A stretch of 64,000 bases of DNA from Salpingoeca rosetta. Taxonomy: Eukaryota; Protista; Choanoflagellata. Every line of letters starts with the position of its first letter. The first letter of the stretch is position 1. This document shows, in pieces, positions 12,601 through 24,549 of this stretch. The notes under the pieces were generated by a model, which saw nothing but the letters and a program-made list of their open reading frames with translations, searched no databases and was not told the DNA's origin. Position numbers and translations under genes: made by a program. The stretch covers positions 170,950 to 234,949 of the forward strand of contig JAWQFM010000014.1 of NCBI GenBank assembly GCA_033442325.1. The letters are read 5' to 3'.

Positions 12601-13906
12601 GGTCGTGAAAGGGCGGGTTGAAAGTGGAGGTTGTGTTGATGTCGTGTAGGCAGGGCGAGAGGGGAGTGTTGACGTGGCAAGCGAATGCTTCACGCATTCC
12701 AAGCGCGAGTGAATGTGCGACCTGCAACACCTGAAGTGTTGATGGCCAATCACGCTTGACAAGCAAGTAAGGTAAGCAGGCAAACGCAACCACACAGTAC
12801 ACAAGCCGCACCTCGTAATCTGTGAACGTGCTGCCATCGCCAGCTGTCCAGACGTGTGTGTCCGTGACGGCGACGGCGGTGTCCGAGTGCAGCATGTCCA
12901 GCTCATCCAGCAGCGCACTGCAATGACGAGAATGTGACGGGGAAGTGGGAAGTGGGAAGTGTGGGTGTGGGGCGGGTGAGTAAGAGCACACACGTGCAGC
13001 AGTTGGAAACTGACTGCAGGGTGCCGATTGAATTGACTGGTGGACGGAGAGACAACGGAGATGTTGAGACACAGAGAGGCAGAGAGGCAGAGCGACAGAA
13101 AGAGATAGAGACAGACAGACACACATACAGGCACACGGACACCGACATACACACAGACAGGCACACGGACACACACATACACACAGACAGGCACACGGAC
13201 ACACACATACACACAGACAGGCACACGGACACACACATACACACGCACACACACAGGCACAGACACACACACACACACACACACACACACCTGAGTCGCT
13301 TCGCTGGGTCTGCGGCGTGGTCACCAGGACTGCTGCGCTTTGCCTTTGTGCTGGATGAAGGTGTTTGCCGCTGCTGGTGCCGGCGGTGGGGCGACGACGA
13401 TGGTGGCGATGATGACGACGTCGCGTCTGACTCCGTGTCTGCAAACGGGTTGGCCGTGCGGGTGCTCAGCAGCCCCATGGTGGAGAGAATGTTGAAGTTC
13501 TCATCTGTACGTGCGTGCATGTGTGTACGTACACGTGTGCATGTGTGTTAGGGTTGGGTGGAGACAGGAAGGTGCAAAATGCGTGGCAGCTGTTGTGTTG
13601 GGTAAGCCGTGGCAAGTGATTGCAAAAACAAACGAAACAAACAACAGCAGCATGTGGTACGTGCACGACCACCCACCATGTGCATCGTCATCAGCCATGT
13701 TGATGAAGGATGCCGCTGCTTTAGCTGTTGTCGGCCTCCCTTTCGGCTGTTGTCCTTGTCCCCCTACAGACATCAGCAGCAGCAGCAGTGAGTGGAAGGA
13801 ACGATGGCGAGGAAGGGCACAGGGCACAGTCGTCAGCTGCTCGGTTGAATCGAGCCGTGTCGTTTAGCACGTGTGCAATTCAGCATCACAACGCAAAGCA
13901 ACACAA

Positions 13907-13945
<39 letters not shown>

Positions 13946-14240
13946 CAACAACAAAGAGCGAGAACAACAGCGCAGCACGTGTATTACCAAAGTTGAACTC
14001 CGACAGGTCGTGTGGCATGGCACCAAGCTTCTTCAAGCGCTCGTTGCTCTCTTCAAGCTTTGTTTTGTACTTTTCCCGAATCTCTTGCACACGTGCCTGC
14101 AAGCAGTTGGTTGGTTGGTTGGTTGGTTGAAACGAGTCGCGGCGTCTGCTTGTGCCAGTGGCACTGTGGAAGACCATAAAGTTTGCGCGCATGTGCCTCT
14201 ACACAGGTTCACACACGCACACATGCAGACAGAGGCATAA

Positions 14241-14301
<61 letters not shown>

Positions 14302-15899
14302 CATACACACACACCCTTTACCACTCAGCGCACCTGCACGGATTGGATTTGCTCGTCATCGTCGTCATCGCACTCCTCCAGTGCGCGGTTGAGGATGCGT
14401 GGCAGCAGTCGCAGTTGCTGCTCCAGCCGCCGCATGCCCGTCTCAACCCGCACCTCCTCCTCCCCTGTCGGACTCGCCACGCCATCACGCAGTGACGCAA
14501 ACAGGTCCACGCCGTCCAGCCCATCGCCACCGCCGTTCGCAGCAGCAGCAGCCCCCGCATGCCCGTTGGGGGACGCTGGAGACTCGGTGTCACCACGCGC
14601 CCCCTCACCGCTGCTGCCACCACCACCATCAGCGGTCTTAGCATTCTTCTCATCACCGCGCTGTTGGTTGGCTGCGTGCTTGCTCGCCTGCTGCCTTGCC
14701 TCCTTTAGCAATCGCGCATACCGTTCCACGGGGTCGTTTGGGTCGTATGCCTGGCCCGTGTACAGCACAGGCGCAAACGTCGCCCTGATCTCGCGCGCCA
14801 GCTCCGCCACGACCGCCTCTGCGTCCCTCACGTCCTCGTCGCTGTCGTACTGCGCAATCTCGTCCTCCTGCTGCGGCAGCGGGAACGGCAGCAGCGCAAC
14901 CGACGAGCGTCGCCGCCGCAGCCGCCGGCCCGACACCGTCTGCCCCAGCGACGATGCGGACGACCGGGAAAAGAGGCCGCGGTGGCGCCCACTGCCACCA
15001 GCACCACCACCAGTCGTGGAAATGGGATTGAATGCGTCGTACTCGTGTTGGGCAGTTGCGTCGGCAGCAGCGGCAGCGGCAGGGGTTGACGGTGGCAGCA
15101 TGCCTGGCGTGAACGGGTCTGCCATACCCATACGGGCGCGTCGCGCCTCTTCCCTTCGCCTGAACGCGTCCTCCCTTCTCCTCTCTTCCTCCTCCACCAT
15201 ACGTCGCTGCCTCGCTGCCTCCTGCCTCTTCCGCCGCCGTTCAGCCTCCGCCCGCCGCTTGGCTTCCTCCCGCTCGATCCGCTCGCGCGCCTTGTCCCGC
15301 GACACCGTGCGTTCAAACTGCAGTGACGCCTCAAACGCCCGCTGCCGCGCCTGCTCCAGCTGCTCTGCCTCCCGCGCACTCAGCCGCCGGTTTCGCTTGG
15401 CCTCCGCCGCAGCATCTTCCTCGCTCAGGTCTGCAAACGGATTCCACCCGCTGCCGCCAGCAAGTGCGCGCCCCTTGCTTGCAGGCTTGGAGACAGGCCT
15501 TGGTGTGGGGTTGGCTGCTTGTGTCTTTGTTGTAGGCTTGTTGATGGGAGACTTGGTTGCTTGTGCTTTGCTGGCTTGTGACTTGGTTGCAGGCGGCTTG
15601 TTGTTGGGTGGCTTGGCCGTTTGTTTAGAGCCCGAGGTTTGATGTTGGTCGCTGCTTGTCTGCTGTGGTGCTTGTGGTGCTTGTGTTGGTGTCTGTTCTG
15701 CTTTTGCGTTCTGGCGTGCGCCCTGCTGCTGGTTGGCTGGCGGCGTCGCTGGCGGGGACGTGACGGATGAAGGCGTGGACCGCCGCGGTTTGGGCAGCGT
15801 CCGAGGCGGCGTGGGTTTGCTGCGGAGCAAGGACGATGGCGCTGGAGACTTGGGCTCGGTCTTTGTTGTGTCCTCTACCTCCTTCTTGTCCGCACGTCC

Positions 15900-15937
<38 letters not shown>

Positions 15938-17086
15938 GCTGCTGCTGCTGCTGTTGTTGTTGTTGTTGTTGGTCTTGCTGCTGTGCATCTACGTCTTTGA
16001 AGGGGGTGGGCGGCTCCATGAACAAGCCGCCCGTGTGTCCATCACCATCACTGTCAGTGTCACTGTCAATGTTGAGGTGGTGGTGGTGGTGGTGGTGGTG
16101 GTGACCACCGTTTGCACCGTCATTGGCTGCCTTGTTGAGGTCCTCCTTTGCAGCATCACCATCCTCGCCCTCCTCTTCCTCTTCTTCATCGCCCTCCTCT
16201 TCCTCTTCGTCTTCATCGCTCATCATGAGGGCTCCGAGTGGAAGGCCAATGCGCTGTTTCATAAAACCAACAAACCAGCAGCAGCACAGGCCCGGGGGTG
16301 AATGCGTGTCACGAGTGCGTGCGCCCAGCGCAACACGTGTGCATAGTGTGCGAAGGAAGCGCGTACGGTTTGGGCGTACGGGTTGGGCGTGGGGTTTAGC
16401 GCACCACGCCAATCCCCACGACGCTCATCGGGCTCAATGGTGCATGTCATGCATTGTAACAGAAAAGCAGGCACCACTGCGCACCTTCGAGTTGGACGCG
16501 GCTTTGCGGCGGGCCATCATCATGCGGGTGCGCTCGTCGTCTTCGTCCTCGGAGTCGTCGTTGTCTTCGCCATCGTCTTCGGCGCTGCTGTGGTCATGGT
16601 GGTGATGGCGCTGGGTTGTGGAGGCTGGCGCGGCGTTCTGTTGTGACACAGCACGCGGTGCAAGATGATGGGGAGAGTAAAGGGTGAGAGAGAGAGAGAG
16701 AGTGTGTGTGTGTGTGAGGGGGGGGGGGGGGAAAGGGTTTGAAATCAAATCTAATTCTTCTCCCAATCCGTCGGCTTGGGCCGCATTGAGGGGGACCAGC
16801 ACATAAGGGTCCCCGTGCAACTTGAAGTAACGCCCCGAAACACCAACTATTCCACAAACGGAAAGCCCAGACACGGAAGGGGCTTGACCACGACAACCAA
16901 AAACGTTGGTACCGGACCTTCCAAAACGAACCTGTCACATTGTTGGAGAAGCCGTGTGATGGCNNNNNNNNNNNNNNNNNNNNNNNNNNNNNNNNNNNNN
17001 NNNNNNNNNNNNNNNNNNNNNNNNNNNNNNNNNNNNNNNNNNNNNNNNNNNNNNNNNNNNNNNCACACACACACACACACACCCAC

Positions 17087-17130
<44 letters not shown>

Positions 17131-17510
17131 CCACACACACCCACCCACACACACACACCCACACACACACACACACACACCCACACACACCCACACACAC
17201 CCACACACCCACACACACACACACACACACACCCCCACACACGCACCAGAACAACAAAACTGGTGTGCGTGTACGCGTTTGCACACTGCGGTGCACGTTC
17301 ACACCAGCGTGCGCATGCAAACACCAGTACATTTACAACCACACACACACATGCACACGCACACAAGGGTGCACTCACTGTTCCTCCATTGCCAGTTCCT
17401 GAGATGCCCAGCTTCATCTCGTTGAGGTTCTCGTCAAACAGGCGCATCATATCCGCTGCCCCTTGCCGCGCCGCCGCAAGCGCATCGCTCTCCTCCTTTT
17501 CGCTGCTCAT
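8573..17510 (-). CDS. Large multidomain actin-related protein: low-complexity/coiled-coil N-terminus, then PX, SAM, PH, actin fold and acidic tail
   Basis: First exon 17510-17379, then the gap region, then phase-compatible GT-AG exons 16637-16485, 16253-14334, 14096-13988, 13763-13677, 13504-13291, 12917-12812, 12536-9675 and 9226-8573. PX: TFTDYE|LTF...VVRRVYAEMEWLASQL...PLPTPLPPP...ALHRFF. SAM: VPAFLSALGLSAHVDTFLQAGFDDL...ELEEVGV. PH: IEGYLEKLPKG...KRWHRRYF...RASSTTELEDWKLAL. Actin: IFDIGGASVRAGYA, VILTEP, GVVVDVG, IYLSGGTTMLPGFAERL. Linkage across the N-gap is inferred. Confidence 0.8.
13121..13240 (+). repeat. 30-bp minisatellite (about 4 units) in an intron of the actin-fusion gene
   Basis: Repeating unit acacacatacacacagacaggcacacggac. 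Confidence 0.85.
16964..17063. other. Assembly gap (100 N) with probable low-quality flanking sequence
   Basis: Run of N. The adjacent 16700-16963 shows homopolymer runs and frame-switching, protein-like text typical of a degraded read end. Confidence 0.95.
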
Positions 17511-18089
17511 CTTGGTCGGGTGCTTTTGTTGTTGTTGGTTTGTTTGTGTGTGTGCAGTTTTTTTTTTTTTTGCAGCAACTGATCTGCTACTTTTTATCGT
17601 GTTGCACCAGCTGTCGGCGAAGCGGAAATTCAATGAAGACATACATAATGACCGACGGATGACATTCACAATTGCGAAACGCGAACCCAAAACAACGCAC
17701 ACGAACCAAACCAACAACCAAACGACAACACCTTGATCTCTGCTCCTCGCCAACCACCGCGACCACCACCACCGCAGCGGCTGTTGCTCTCGCCCAAGGC
17801 CCCTTGCCTCACTGCTTCCTCCCCTCTCCCTCCCTTTCCCTTTCTCAACAAGCAAAGTAAGTTAGAGTGCGCACATCGCCCAGATGTTTCCGTGTATTAC
17901 GTGCGCACAACTTCTGTCAACACCCGATACGTGCCCATCAGCATCTGCTCACATCCTGTTCCTTTCTCCCATCCGTTTCCCTGCACTCTCTCCTCTTCCT
18001 GTCCATCGCACTCTCCCGCGTTCCACTCTCACCTTGACCACTCCACTCCTGCTCACCACCAATTTTAATTTTTTTTTTGCTTTCCAGGG

Positions 18090-21000
18090 ATGAAGTTCGG
18101 CAAGACCATCCGCAACAAGGCCTTGCCGCAGTGGGCCATGCACTACATGGACTACAAGGCGCTCAAGAAGATCATTCGCAAGTGCGTTGCGGCGCAGATG
18201 AAACGTGATGCCACCCGCCAGGCTGCAGCCGAGGGGCGCCCGTCAGAACAAGTGGCCAGCAGCCCGACAACAAAATCAGCCACATCAACCGCAGCTGGCG
18301 CCACCGAAACAGGGAAACCGCCCACGTCAGCGGAATCGGCAGCATCGGCAACCGAACCAACCACACTGCAAGACGACGAGCGCGAGTACGAGACATGCGT
18401 CACGTACTTCTTCTTCTTGCTGCAGCGGCAACTGGAGAAGGTATCTGACCTGTTTGCAGACGAGTCAACGCTGCTGCAGGCGCGCCTCATGGCCATCACA
18501 GACAAGTTCAACCGCATGGCCGTCGACTCCACCCTTCCGGAGCCCGACTTTCGTCGCCAGGCCGTGGCGCAGCTCCTGCGCGGCATCAACGACCTCCTCA
18601 CCACGCAGCACAACCTGCGCGACTTTTCACACATGAACAAGGAGGGCTTCCGCAAGATCCTGAAGAAGCTCGACAAGCAGCTCGGCACAAGCTACTCTGC
18701 CAAGTGCATGAACGAGCGCGTCAACGTCGCCTCCTTTGCAACGTGCAGCGAGACGCTCGACCCGCTGGAGCACCGCGCCCGCCGCCTCAAGCTTCGGCTC
18801 GAGCGCGTGCTCGGTATCCGTGGGTCGTCCTCTGCCATGCGCCTGCTCGCCAAGCGCGCGCCACCGCACGCCACCACGCCCGCCTCCGCCTCCGCCAGCG
18901 AAGACGACGAGGACGAGGTCGACATCATCCATGACGTGGCCGGCGGCCTCTCCGACAGCGGCAGGCCCGTCTGGCACGCGGGCAGCGCGGCTACTGGGGA
19001 CGTGACTTCGCTCAGCGGGGGCGCCATGCCGCACAACCTGGGCCAGCTGCTGGACACCGCCCGGTTCACAGACCTCGACGCGGCGCTGCTGCACGTGGAG
19101 CCGATGGAGCGCACCGCCATCATGGACGAGCTGCTCGTGCGCGCATGCAAGACTGCAAACTCGGACGCCATCGCCTATTGCGTCAAGCACAAGGCCAACA
19201 GCCTGCACCACACGGAACCGCACGGGTACACGTGCTGGCACATCCTGGTACGGCGCAACCGGCTGCCACAGCTTGAGCTGCTGGCCAAGCTCTCACACAA
19301 GCGGCAGGTGCGACGTGCGTGCACAGAGACGGACGCCATGGGAGAGACAGTGCTCCATCTCGCAGCAGCGTTTGGGCGCGTGGATGCACTGCGGCTGTTC
19401 CGCCAACACAGCGCAGACCTGGACGTGATGGCGTCCAACGGGTTTACGCCGCTGCTTGCAGCCATCCACCGCAGCCAGACGCAGGCTGCACTTGCCCTCA
19501 TTGAGATGGACGCGGACCCAGACCTCTTCAACTCGGAACTCTCCTCATGTGAGTGCACGGGCATTTTTAGTGTGTTTGTGTGAGTTTGTGTGAATTTGTG
19601 TGTGTTTGTGCGTGTTTACGTGTTTGTGTGTGTGTGTGTGTGAGTTTGTGTTGTGTTTTGTGTATTTGTGTGTATGTGTGTGTGTGTGTATGTGTGTGGC
19701 AAGCTATGCAGTTGTGTCTGGCACATACGCTGCAACATGTCACTGTTTGCATCCACGAACTTACCTCCTCCCTCCCTTATACACCTTATCAACCCCCCCC
19801 CAAATTCCCTTATCACCCCTCATCTCCAATCGCCACCCAGGCCTGTCGCCGCTTGCCATGGCGGCCCAGCAGGGCGATGCTGTGGTTGTGCGCGCGCTGC
19901 TGGACGCCGGCGCCGACGACAACGTCGCCGACATTGAGGGCGAGCTCGCCCTGCACAAGGCATGTGCCCACGGCCACGTGGATGTGGTGCGCATGCTTGT
20001 TGAACACAACCCGGACAGCGTCAACAGGCGCGACGAGTATGAACTGCACACGCCGCTCTTTCTCTGCGCAAAGCACAACAACCAGGAGTGCGCGCGCGTG
20101 CTGCTGGCCCACGGCGCTGCGGTGAACGTGCGCGACATTCGCGGCTGGACGCCCCACTCGTACGCCATGTACTACGGGTACATTGCCTTTGGCGAGGAGC
20201 TCATCAGCTGGGGGGAGCCCGGGGCAGTGGCATGCAGGTGCGGCGAGGGCACGCAGTCTGCGCAGACACACGCACACGCGCACACGCGCACGAAACCCCG
20301 GGACGAGGGCGGTGGCAGCGGCGATGCGGCTTCTGCTGTTGGCAAGGAGGGCATGGCGTCGACGCTCGCCCGGCGGGAACAACGAGGCTCAGCCACATCC
20401 CACGACCCATATGTACACTACCACATGCACCGCCACGACCCGAAGCAGCAGCAGTTTCGCGATCGCCTGTGGAGCGATGACGATGATGAGGATGATGAGG
20501 ATGAGGATGAGGGCGACGATGAGGGTGCAGAGGCGAGTCACGCTCACCACGCGCCCCGCAAGGGCAGTGGTGGTCGGCAACACCAACAGCATCAGCAACA
20601 ACATCAAGATGAGGATGAAAGCCAAGGGGAAGGTCAGACTGGCGACAACCAGCAACAGCAGAGCGAGCAGGAGCAGCAGGAGCAGCAGCAACGCCGCCGC
20701 CGCAGCAAACTGCTTGCCAACCCACGCCAGCCGTTGGACGTGACAAGCTTCATTGACAAGGAGGGCAAGTACCGGATGCGCGGCAGCGAGAAGACGGTGC
20801 CCATGTCGCAGCGCACGTACGGACACGAGTACCTGCACACAGCGGCGCGCGCGTTTGTGGACATCTCCCCCATGCGCAACGCGGACCGCATGGCGCTGTT
20901 TGACGCGGAGGGACTGCGGCTAAACGTGCGGCAGTGCATGCTGCAGTGCGCCATTTCGTTTCAGACGGAGCCTGGCGCGGCGCCTATGGTGATTGACAGC

Positions 21001-22275
21001 GCGCACTTCAAGGCGCTGGCGCTGCCCCTGAACGAGGACGGCGACAGCTTCAGCTTCGACATTCCCGTGGAGGACGTGAAGCCGCACGCAACGCTGGAGT
21101 TCCGGCTCGTGTCTGTGTTTGACCCGACGGTGGTTGTGGCCTGTGGGCGGCTGCCCGACCGCGTGTGGCAGAACACGGACGAGCAGCACACGACGCACGA
21201 GGTGATGCTGCTCAACCGGCACCTGCACGCCGTGTTCCCGCTGCGCTTCCGCTATCTGCTGGTGCTGCCGTACCTTGGCTCTGAACTGCGCATCCAGCCC
21301 AGCAACACGTACTGGACAACGCGCAAGCAGCTGCCTGTGTGGGGCCACCGTGGCACGGGCTCGTCCAAGGCCGCGCACGTCGACAGCAACACATACCGCA
21401 CACACGTGCAGGAGAACACGGTGCTCTCGTTTGTGACGGCGGCCAACCTTGGCGCGGAGTACGTCGAGTTTGACGTGCAGCTGACGCGCGACAACGTGCC
21501 TGTCATCTACCACAACTGGACGCTGGCGGACGTGCTTGGCTTTGACGTGCCCATTGACATTGTCACGCTGGACGCGTTCCTCAGCATCCGGGAGCGGCGT
21601 AAGGGCGACGCAGCGCGGTTTGGGCTCGACTCCGACTCGCGCCTCTCCGTCCGAGAGCGCACGCCGGTGCCGCCAGGTGCACCGCGCATTCGTGGCAGCA
21701 CGAGCAGCGGCAGCAGCTTGGGCAGTCAGGAGGACGTGAGCAGCAACAGCAACAGCAACAGCACCAGCAACAACACGTCGCAGGGGAGCGGGAAAGCCGT
21801 GAGCCCGCCCGTGCTCTCTGCGGTGCCGGCGCACGTGGTGAGCAGCAAGAGCAAATACAAGCCCCAAATCCAACAGCAGCAGCAGCAACAACAACGGCAG
21901 CAACAGCAGCAGCAGCAGCAGCAGCCACGGCGCAACCCAGCCAGCCATGAGAGCAGCACCTCATTTGCTGTGACCGACACGTCTCCAAGTCCCTTCAAGC
22001 CCAGCACGGTGGCAGAGGCACGGGGACAGCGGTGGCCGAGTGGCCGCCCGCGCGCATACAGCAACCCAGAGCTGTCGAGTGTGAAGACGCAGGGCCTTGA
22101 CATCGACCCCAAGCGCTACGTGCGCGCGCCGCTCGCAACCCTGCAGGAAGCTCTCACCCTCGTTCCAGAGTACGTTGCATGGCAAGGAGGGGGTTGGGGG
22201 TTGGGGTGGGGTTTCAACTTGTGGCCGGATCAGTTTGCCTGTTTCGGTGCTGCCTCACCGCCCATGATGCACTTT

Positions 22276-22306
<31 letters not shown>

Positions 22307-22331
22307 TCACGCACACACGCACACACACACT

Positions 22332-22416
<85 letters not shown>

Positions 22417-22847
22417 TCAAATGCGTTGCTTGTTGCGTGCGTCAGGTCACTCGGGTTCAACATTGAAATCAAGTACCCGTTGGAGGAGCATCAGAAGCTG
22501 CACAAGCTGCAATCGTGGGAAATGAACACGTTTGTGGACACCACACTCGACATTGTGTTCCGCCACGCCGGCGACCGCAAGATTGTCTTCTCGTGCTTCC
22601 ACCCCGACATGTGTCGCATCCTCAGCCTGAAGCAGCCGTCGTACCCCGTGCTCTTCCTCACCACCGCCGGACACAAGGAGGTGTTTACGGACGCCCGCGC
22701 CATGTCGCTTCGCGCTGCCGTTCGATTCGCATCGTCCGCCAACCTCCTCGGCATCGTCTCAAACTCCCACCCGCTGGTCCGTCATGCGTTGTGTCGTGTG
22801 TGTGTGTGTGTGTGCATATGTGTGTGTGTGCGAATGTGTGTTTGTGC

Positions 22848-22881
<34 letters not shown>

Positions 22882-23150
22882 TTGTGTGTTTGTCCAACGT
22901 TCTCTGTTCTTCTCCGTTCTCTGTTCTTCTCCCCCCCCCAACTCACTGCCCACAAATCAATGACAGGTGCTGTGTCCCGAGCTGATTCACCAAGTCAAGA
23001 GCTCAGGTGAGAATGGACAGCCATGCACATACGTGTTTACAGACTTATGCGTGCGTACATGTGTGCATGGGCGTGCACATGAGTACTGCCACATCACACT
23101 ACCTTCCTCTATTTACCTCACATTTACGCGTTCATGCGCGCGCGCGTGTA

Positions 23151-23217
<67 letters not shown>

Positions 23218-23395
23218 TGCGCCAACGTGCAATGTGCAATGTGTAGGACTGCTGCTGCTGACGTGGGGCGACGAGAACAACGACGTGGACTGCGTTCGGC
23301 TGCAGGAGGCGTGTGGCGTCGATGCTGTGATTGTTGATCACATTGCACACATCCGCAAAGGCCTTCGCCCACGCGATGAAGAAGCGCTCGCGTAA
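18090..23395 (+). CDS. GDE1: SPX-ankyrin-GDPD glycerophosphodiester phosphodiesterase (yeast Gde1-type architecture)
   Basis: Exons 18090-19548, 19841-22169, 22446-22776, 22967-23006 and 23247-23395. SPX: MKFGK...YMDYKALKKII...NKEGFRKILKKLDK. Ankyrin repeats: GETVLHLAA, GFTPLLAA, GELALHKAC, HTPLFLCA, GWTPHSYA. Linker RTYGHEYL. GDPD: VWGHRGTG...ENTVLSF...EYVEFDVQLTRDNVPVIYH...GFNIEIKYP...LLTWG...GVDAVIVDH. Confidence 0.92.
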
Positions 23396-23728
23396 GCAGC
23401 AGTTGACGGTGGATGCTGACGGTGGTGGTTGACTTTGATGATGCGGGAAACACAAAGAGGTATCGCTTCATGTCTCACAGCACCAACAGCTCGTTGTGGT
23501 GATGACGGCGGTGTTCGTCAGAATCGTCGGAAGTGGAACACATGCACACGTGCATGTGTGTGCATGTGTGTGTTTATGTGTGTGTTTATGTGTGTGCATG
23601 GTTGGTTGGTTGGTTGGTTGGTTGTTTGGTTGGGTCTGTTTCCATCTTGTTGCTGTAGATGAGCAGCACGAGTGGACTGACGATGCCCCATACATCACGT
23701 GACCAGCCACGAGCGAAAAGAGCACAAG

Positions 23729-23781
<53 letters not shown>

Positions 23782-24549
23782 CTCCCTTGTGTGGATTTCC
23801 GTGCAAACTGTTTACGGACACAGAGACAACATCAAAGTGGAAAACGAAGAGGGGGAAAAGAGAAGGAGGGAGAGTGCAACCATCATCGTGTCAGTGAACA
23901 GCAACGAAGGTGTAGCAACTCGTGCGACGCAAACGCCACAAGTGTGCGCAGAATGACGGCACCCTTCTCATCGGCATGAGGGCAGGGTGCACGGCAAGAA
24001 ACGCAGACGCGAGCGCGGCCATGCACGAGCAACGAGGCGGCAGCAAGAAGCAAGCAGTCGACAGAGGCAGCGGAAAGAAGCAAGCAACGCAATATCGTGT
24101 CAGGGAAGGGGGGGGGGAGGGGTTGACGAGTGTGGGGCACAATGTAGAGAGGAGGGGGCGGCAACTGACATGTCCCGAAGAAGCACAGGCTGCTTTTGTT
24201 TGACAAAGCAGCAGGTAGCTGGGATGGTATCAAGGAGAGCCGCCAACACTTTGTGCTCCAGACAACAGTAACAAGAACAACAGCGGGAGACGGCAGGGAA
24301 CAAAGCGGAAGCAACCAAACAGATCCCTACGCGTGTGTTGCTTACAGACATGCAAGCAAAGACAACGCGTGCAGTACTGTTTGAAGCAGGGATGACAACA
24401 GCGAGAAGAGCATGCACGTACATGTGCGTGCAGACGCACGCATAGCACGTACACGCACGTGCGTCACACACTATGCACGCACACACGCACACGCACACGC
24501 ACACACTTGCACGCTGCAATCAACGACAAACCGAGGGCTGGGCTGGATG

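Noticed and set aside
13121-13240. Regularly spaced 30-bp repeats as a possible CRISPR array
   Set aside because: There are no unique spacers and no cas genes. It is a eukaryotic intronic minisatellite.
14020-14450. SARAH-domain-like look of VQEIREKYKTK
   Set aside because: The similarity is too short to distinguish from a generic coiled coil.
18090-23395. Calling the SPX-ANK-GDPD gene PHO81
   Set aside because: GDPD catalytic motifs are intact, which fits Gde1 rather than Pho81.
23396-24549. 1.1-kb spacer between convergent genes as a possible hidden gene or ncRNA
   Set aside because: No coherent exon chain, domain motif or tRNA/snRNA structure is recognisable. Consistent with 3' UTRs.
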